In this document: positions 59,819 through 64,000 of the stretch, piece by piece
Layout: each line of letters begins with the position of its first letter
How positions within the stretch are numbered: the first letter of the stretch is position 1
Assembly (NCBI GenBank): GCA_948989975.1
Contig: CARHSH010000001.1
Span: 146,906 to 210,905 of the forward strand
DNA: 64,000 nt
Origin: an uncultured Lachnospiraceae bacterium
GTDB taxonomy: Bacteria > Bacillota > Clostridia > Lachnospirales > Lachnospiraceae
Direction of reading: 5' to 3'
Program-made: the position numbers and the translations under genes
The notes under the pieces: model-generated
What the model was told of the DNA's origin: nothing
Seen by the model: only the letters and a program-made list of their open reading frames with translations
Databases searched by the model: none

Positions 59819-61297
59819 ATGGAAATGAAAAATGTAATCTATGCTTGTCTGGACATTGCAGAATCAGCGGCTTTAGGAGGTCTGTTGGTTTATCTGATGA
59901 AAGGAATGCTGCCGGAGCGGTTTGTCTGGAAGGGGAAAATCCACGCTTCTTTCTTTTTTTGGCTGCAGTTTGTGGCGGCGCGTGAATTTTTGTCGTATTC
60001 AAACTTGGTGAAACGTCTGATTTACGGGGAGGGAATGCAGATTGCAAGCAGCAGGCAGAGCATAGCTCCTGTACTGGCAAGCTTGTGCATAACGCTTTTG
60101 GCGGGATTCCTATTGTATCGGGGAAGCCGCATAAAAGCAGTCTCTCTTGTGGCGGCGTTTTATGCTTTTTTGGAGCTGATACGGTTCTTTATGTATCCAT
60201 TTGCGGTCTGGTGCATTGGCAGATGGGTGGATTGGTATACGGAGCGAAATTTTGTGGCAGAAAATGGCGATCTCGCTTTATATTATGCGGGAATTGAGCG
60301 GGTGGAGCTGTTTTGGAATGTGTCTCATGCTTGTCTGGCGTTTGCAGGGGTTTTAACGTGTGTTTTTTTGTATAAACGCGCGCTGGCGTCTGGCGGGACG
60401 GCATACCGGCCGGAAGAAGCGGCTGTTTTGTGCGTGCCGGAGCTGATGGGGCTGTCATTTACGGTAATGTTAAGGAGTATTTTGTTTTATTATGAAAAGG
60501 AAGTCTATAATCTGGTGGATCATTATCCGGAATTGAATGGAATGATCCCCTGTGTGGCGTTTCTTTGCATTGCATCTATTCTTTTAAATGTGAAAATGCT
60601 TGGAAAGGTGGAAAGAGAGCATGAGAAAAGGCGGCGGGCCGAGTTGTGCCAAAGCCGGGCGGAGGAGCTGTATGCGCATGTCAAAGATTTGGAAAGCGTA
60701 AATTTAAAAATACGGGGAATGAAGCATGATTTAAAACATTATACGGCGGATATCCAGGCGCTTCTTTTGAAAATTGAATCTGGTGATATGTGGGCAAAAG
60801 AGGAACTGCGCCATTATGTGGATTCGATGCATCTGTCCTTAGAGCGGCTTGACAGTAAATGCCAGACGAACCACCCAGTTACAGACGTGATTATAGGGCG
60901 GTATGAGCGGCTGATGGAGCAAAAGCAGATTTCATTTTCCTGTGATTTTATTTATCCAAAGCAGTTTGGCATTGATGTTTTTGATTTGAGCGTAATTTTA
61001 AACAATGGATTGGAAAACGCCTTAGAAGCGTGTGAACGGGAACCGGGAAAAGCAAAGGCTTCCATTCTGTCGAAACAGAAAGGGAATATGTTTTTTATTA
61101 CGATTGAAAATACATGTTCAAAGCGGATGCGCTGGGGAGAGGAATTTCCTATTTCAGAGAAGCGCGAAAACGGACATGGGCTGGGCTTAAAAAATATAAA
61201 GGACTGCGCGGAACGGTATTTTGGCAGAGTATGCGTACAGATATTGGATAATCGGTTTATTTTGACGGTTATGCTTCAGGGGCAGTCTGTTCCATGA
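59819..61297 (+). CDS. AgrC/LytS-like GHKL sensor histidine kinase (HATPase_c_5)
   Basis: An N-terminal multi-TM sensor (about 6 helices), a conserved His region (MKHDLKHY), and the ATP-binding motifs NGLENALEA and GHGLGLKNI. Confidence 0.8.
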   Translation: MEMKNVIYACLDIAESAALGGLLVYLMKGMLPERFVWKGKIHASFFFWLQFVAAREFLSYSNLVKRLIYGEGMQIASSRQSIAPVLASLCITLLAGFLLYRGSRIKAVSLVAAFYAFLELIRFFMYPFAVWCIGRWVDWYTERNFVAENGDLALYYAGIERVELFWNVSHACLAFAGVLTCVFLYKRALASGGTAYRPEEAAVLCVPELMGLSFTVMLRSILFYYEKEVYNLVDHYPELNGMIPCVAFLCIASILLNVKMLGKVEREHEKRRRAELCQSRAEELYAHVKDLESVNLKIRGMKHDLKHYTADIQALLLKIESGDMWAKEELRHYVDSMHLSLERLDSKCQTNHPVTDVIIGRYERLMEQKQISFSCDFIYPKQFGIDVFDLSVILNNGLENALEACEREPGKAKASILSKQKGNMFFITIENTCSKRMRWGEEFPISEKRENGHGLGLKNIKDCAERYFGRVCVQILDNRFILTVMLQGQSVP

Positions 61298-61397
61298 CAA
61301 AAATAAGGTTATTTGTTACAAAGGACTGTACATTCAAAAAGAGATTGCCGATACTAATAATACATCGTAAAAAACAGATTGCACAGGAGGGATTTTT

Positions 61398-62078
61398 ATG
61401 CGTATTACAAATCAGATGTTAGCCAGAACAGCCCAAAAAAGCGGGATTCCACTACAGCAGACGTCTTTACTGGATATTATGAATAAGAAATCGGCGTCCG
61501 CTTCAGATTGGGCGTCTTCTCTGGGAAATACGAAAAATACAAATTCACTTCTCCAGAATTTAAGCGATAAGGAGAATAAAAAGTTAGGAGAGGCGGCAAA
61601 AAATTTAAGCGGTTATGCGGCAGGTCTCTTAGGAGACGGAGAAGATTCCCTGTTTGCGGAAGCGGAAAAAACGGGGGACACGAAAGAACTTGTGGATCAC
61701 ATTTCAGGCATGGTGGATTCTTATAATAAAACAATCAAACAGTTAAAAGGATCTGATTCAGCGCTGAATGGTTTTTATCTTCAGGAACTGAAAAACTATG
61801 CGGCAGAAAACGAAGATGCGTTAAAAGCGGCAGGCATTACGAGAAATAAGGACGGCAGCTTAAGCGTCGACAAAGATACGTTAAGCGCGGCAGGGCTTGA
61901 CGTATTGAAAGCGGCGTTTGGGGGCGCTTCCGGTTTTACGGAAAAGGTAGGCTATGTCAGCGGCAGAGTGGCGGAAAATGCATCTGCGTACAGCAACAGC
62001 ATTTTAAGCGGCTACAACAGCGCCGGAAAGGAAGCTCTTAGTTCCTACGCGAAGAATATGTACAATTTCTGGGGATAG
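61398..62078 (+). CDS. Hypothetical protein (226 aa) downstream of the LytTR two-component system
   Basis: The ORF has an RBS (AGGAGGGA); the N-terminus MRITNQML faintly recalls flagellar rod/hook-family N-termini, but there is no reliable assignment. Confidence 0.4.
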   Translation: MRITNQMLARTAQKSGIPLQQTSLLDIMNKKSASASDWASSLGNTKNTNSLLQNLSDKENKKLGEAAKNLSGYAAGLLGDGEDSLFAEAEKTGDTKELVDHISGMVDSYNKTIKQLKGSDSALNGFYLQELKNYAAENEDALKAAGITRNKDGSLSVDKDTLSAAGLDVLKAAFGGASGFTEKVGYVSGRVAENASAYSNSILSGYNSAGKEALSSYAKNMYNFWG

Positions 62079-62495
62079 GTGAGGCTTATGGTAGGAAATG
62101 TAGGTCAGATTGTTGAGTCGATGAATGCGGCGAATAATGCGCGATCGGGGCAAAATACAGCGAATGCGGCGTCGCCGGATTTTAAGGATTATCTGGAAAC
62201 GGCTCTGTTAAGTTCAAGAAACGGTCTGTTTTCCAGCGGATTGGGAGGCGGTTATTCGTACTTAAATCCGTTATCCGGCTCCGTCTGGCAGATAGCAATG
62301 TTAGAAGCTCTGCGGGACGAACTGAAAAAGGGACGTAAGTCAGAGGAGAAGGAAGGCGAAACCTTGAAGGAAGACGTTTCTTCTTCCCAGACGGAACAGA
62401 CGAAAAAGGAAGACTGGGTCAGTATCCGCGTGATTCGGCGGTATCAGTCTCCACATAAGGAAGAAAGCGGCGGAAACGTCCGTGTTTTGGTTTAA
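62079..62495 (+). CDS. Hypothetical protein (138 aa), translationally coupled to the preceding gene
   Basis: Starts 1 nt after the upstream stop; no recognisable motifs. Confidence 0.4.
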   Translation: MRLMVGNVGQIVESMNAANNARSGQNTANAASPDFKDYLETALLSSRNGLFSSGLGGGYSYLNPLSGSVWQIAMLEALRDELKKGRKSEEKEGETLKEDVSSSQTEQTKKEDWVSIRVIRRYQSPHKEESGGNVRVLV

Positions 62496-62532
62496 ATAAT
62501 TTCATATGCGGTTCAAGTATCGGTAAAAAAGG

Positions 62533-62571
62533 GACAGACTATCATTGTAAATCAAGATAGTCTGTTTTTTG
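62533..62571 (+). terminator. Rho-independent terminator (acagactatc...gatagtctgt + T6)
   Basis: Seen directly. Confidence 0.6.
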
Positions 62572-62624
62572 TTGTGTAAATTCTTCCATAATAATTTGTA
62601 TCACAAAAAACAAAGGAGGAGAAT

Positions 62625-63242
62625 ATGGGAAACATATACGGATATGCGCGTGTCAGTACGAGAGAGCAAAACGAGGACAGGCAGTTAATCGCATTACAGG
62701 AAGTTAGGGTGCCAAAACAAAATATTTATTTGGATAAGCAGTCGGGCAGGGACTTCAACCGTCCGATGTATCTGCGCTTATTAAAAAAACTAAAAAGGGA
62801 GGATCTTCTTTATATACAGAGCATAGATCGCCTTGGAAGGAATTATGATGAAATTTTAGAGCAATGGAGAATCTTAACGAAAGAGAGAAAAGTGGATATT
62901 TCAGTGCTGGACATGCCCCTGCTGGATACGAGGAGGGGGAAAGATTTAATGGGAACGTTTTTGAGTGACATTGTGCTTCAGGTATTGTCTTTTGTGGCGG
63001 AAAATGAGAGGAAATCAATCCGGCAGAGACAGAGAGAAGGAATAGAAGCGGCCAAACTGCGCGGCGTGCAGTTTGGCAGGCCGAAACTGCCGATGCCGGA
63101 AAATTTTTTGGAAGCTTATGCAAGGTGGGTTTCAAAAGAAGTGTCGGGGGCAAAAGCGGCGGAACAATGCCATATGACAATGTCGACTTTTTACAGATGG
63201 GCGAATCAAAGAAAAGAGCAGGAAAGCAGGGAAGAAAAATAA
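62625..63242 (+). CDS. Small serine recombinase (resolvase/invertase family, 205 aa)
   Basis: Catalytic N-terminus YARVSTREQNEDRQ (Ser nucleophile) and a C-terminal HTH (MSTFYRWANQRKE); RBS AAAGGAGGAG. Confidence 0.85.
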   Translation: MGNIYGYARVSTREQNEDRQLIALQEVRVPKQNIYLDKQSGRDFNRPMYLRLLKKLKREDLLYIQSIDRLGRNYDEILEQWRILTKERKVDISVLDMPLLDTRRGKDLMGTFLSDIVLQVLSFVAENERKSIRQRQREGIEAAKLRGVQFGRPKLPMPENFLEAYARWVSKEVSGAKAAEQCHMTMSTFYRWANQRKEQESREEK

Positions 63243-63255
63243 AATAGATTTCCAG

Positions 63256-63391
63256 AAAGTGTACCTTTTGCAAAAATCTGTAACATACATACTTTTAATT
63301 ATTTTAATATAAAATCGACAAAAAGGCAATAGAATTGACATTATTTTTGGGATTTGGAGCGTGGAGAGCTGGTTTTCAAAAGGTACACTTT
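63256..63391. mobile_element. Candidate invertible DNA segment (inverton): 15-bp perfect inverted repeats flanking a roughly 106-bp core
   Basis: IR-L aaagtgtaccttttg (63256..63270) and IR-R caaaaggtacacttt (63377..63391). The core carries, on the minus strand, a promoter-like TTGCCT-17-TAAAAT that currently points away from the downstream gene. Confidence 0.45.
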
Positions 63392-63529
63392 TTGAAAAAT
63401 GAAGTGAGTAAATTAGAAAAAATAGTCCATTTAGAGTTGCAAAATAGATGAAAGAGAGGAGGAGTAACGGAAGCGGTTCTTATGATGCAACAGATTATAT
63501 CAAATAAAAATGTTTAAGGAGAGGATACA

Positions 63530-63985
63530 ATGGCAAAGGAAATTAAATCGTTTAAAGTACATCCTGATTATGAAGAAGCGGAAATAAATTTTCGAAGAAA
63601 AGTGGGGTGGGAATTTATAAGCACACAAGAAATTTATAACAAAGACACCCATATGGAAGGAGGTATTTTCACTGATACTGTAACGAGTGTAACTGAGACA
63701 ACGCATTTTGTAAAACTTACATTCCAGAGGGAGACGGAAAATGTAAACCCAGAGTTAATATCTTTGGAAAGGCAGATAGATAATATGCGTCCTCCAGAGG
63801 AACCACATACTTGGGGAACCATGGCTTTGATTGTAGGGTTTATGCTCTATGTGCTTCCGGGAATATTTATGATGTCATCTAATAAAAAGAAGAAGCAGGA
63901 ATATGAGCGCGTTTATTCTGAATATCAAAATGAGTTCAGGCGGCTGCTTGCCCGTGTAGATGAACTTCAAATGGTGAAATCTTAA
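63530..63985 (+). CDS. Hypothetical membrane-associated protein (151 aa)
   Basis: The ORF has the RBS AAGGAGAGG; one C-terminal TM helix (MALIVGFMLYVLPGIFMM). Confidence 0.45.
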   Translation: MAKEIKSFKVHPDYEEAEINFRRKVGWEFISTQEIYNKDTHMEGGIFTDTVTSVTETTHFVKLTFQRETENVNPELISLERQIDNMRPPEEPHTWGTMALIVGFMLYVLPGIFMMSSNKKKKQEYERVYSEYQNEFRRLLARVDELQMVKS

Positions 63986-64000
63986 AGAAAGATAAGGAGA

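Noticed and set aside
61398-62078. Flagellar hook-associated (FlgL-like) protein
   Set aside because: Only the first 7 residues (MRITNQM) resemble the flagellar rod/hook N-terminus. The conserved C-terminal heptads are absent and there is no flagellar gene context. Left as hypothetical.

Overview
This 64 kb window is most likely a chromosomal segment from a low-to-mid GC Firmicutes/Clostridia genome, plausibly a motile, butyrate-producing Lachnospiraceae. That guess rests on a But-type CoA-transferase, two MCP chemoreceptors, sporulation-type genes (PdaA-like, CgeB-like, CotJC-like) and a giant GH101-like cell-surface glycosidase. No rRNA, tRNA or CRISPR was seen. In order, the window holds a BceRS/BceAB-like two-component system plus FtsX-ABC module; a complete type-II fatty-acid synthesis operon (acpP-fabK-fabD-fabG-fabF-fabZ-accDA fusion-fabH) followed by a MarR/FabT-like regulator; a CPBP protease plus ABC-2 transporter module; a PurF-like protein lacking the Cys1 nucleophile; a polysaccharide deacetylase; uxaC; hemB; a 2331-aa multi-domain surface glycosidase; an amidase; a HEAT plus UPF0020-methyltransferase fusion; an RND pump with a long coiled-coil insertion; two ECF sigma/anti-sigma pairs; the CoA-transferase; two divergent paralogous MCPs; feoA-feoA-feoB plus a Cys-rich mini-protein; a cobalamin-riboswitch-controlled operon (Cys-rich protein, DUF4430 lipoprotein, ECF S-component); and a LytTR/AgrC-like two-component system. 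The right edge carries a small serine recombinase next to a 15-bp inverted-repeat-flanked roughly 106 bp segment, a candidate invertible promoter. The non-coding features that stand out most are a roughly 220-nt nested long hairpin upstream of acpP, palindromic operators at the acpP and feoA promoters, and a 5 x ~37 bp tandem repeat array downstream of the RND gene. All family calls rest on motif recognition by eye, since no database search was run.
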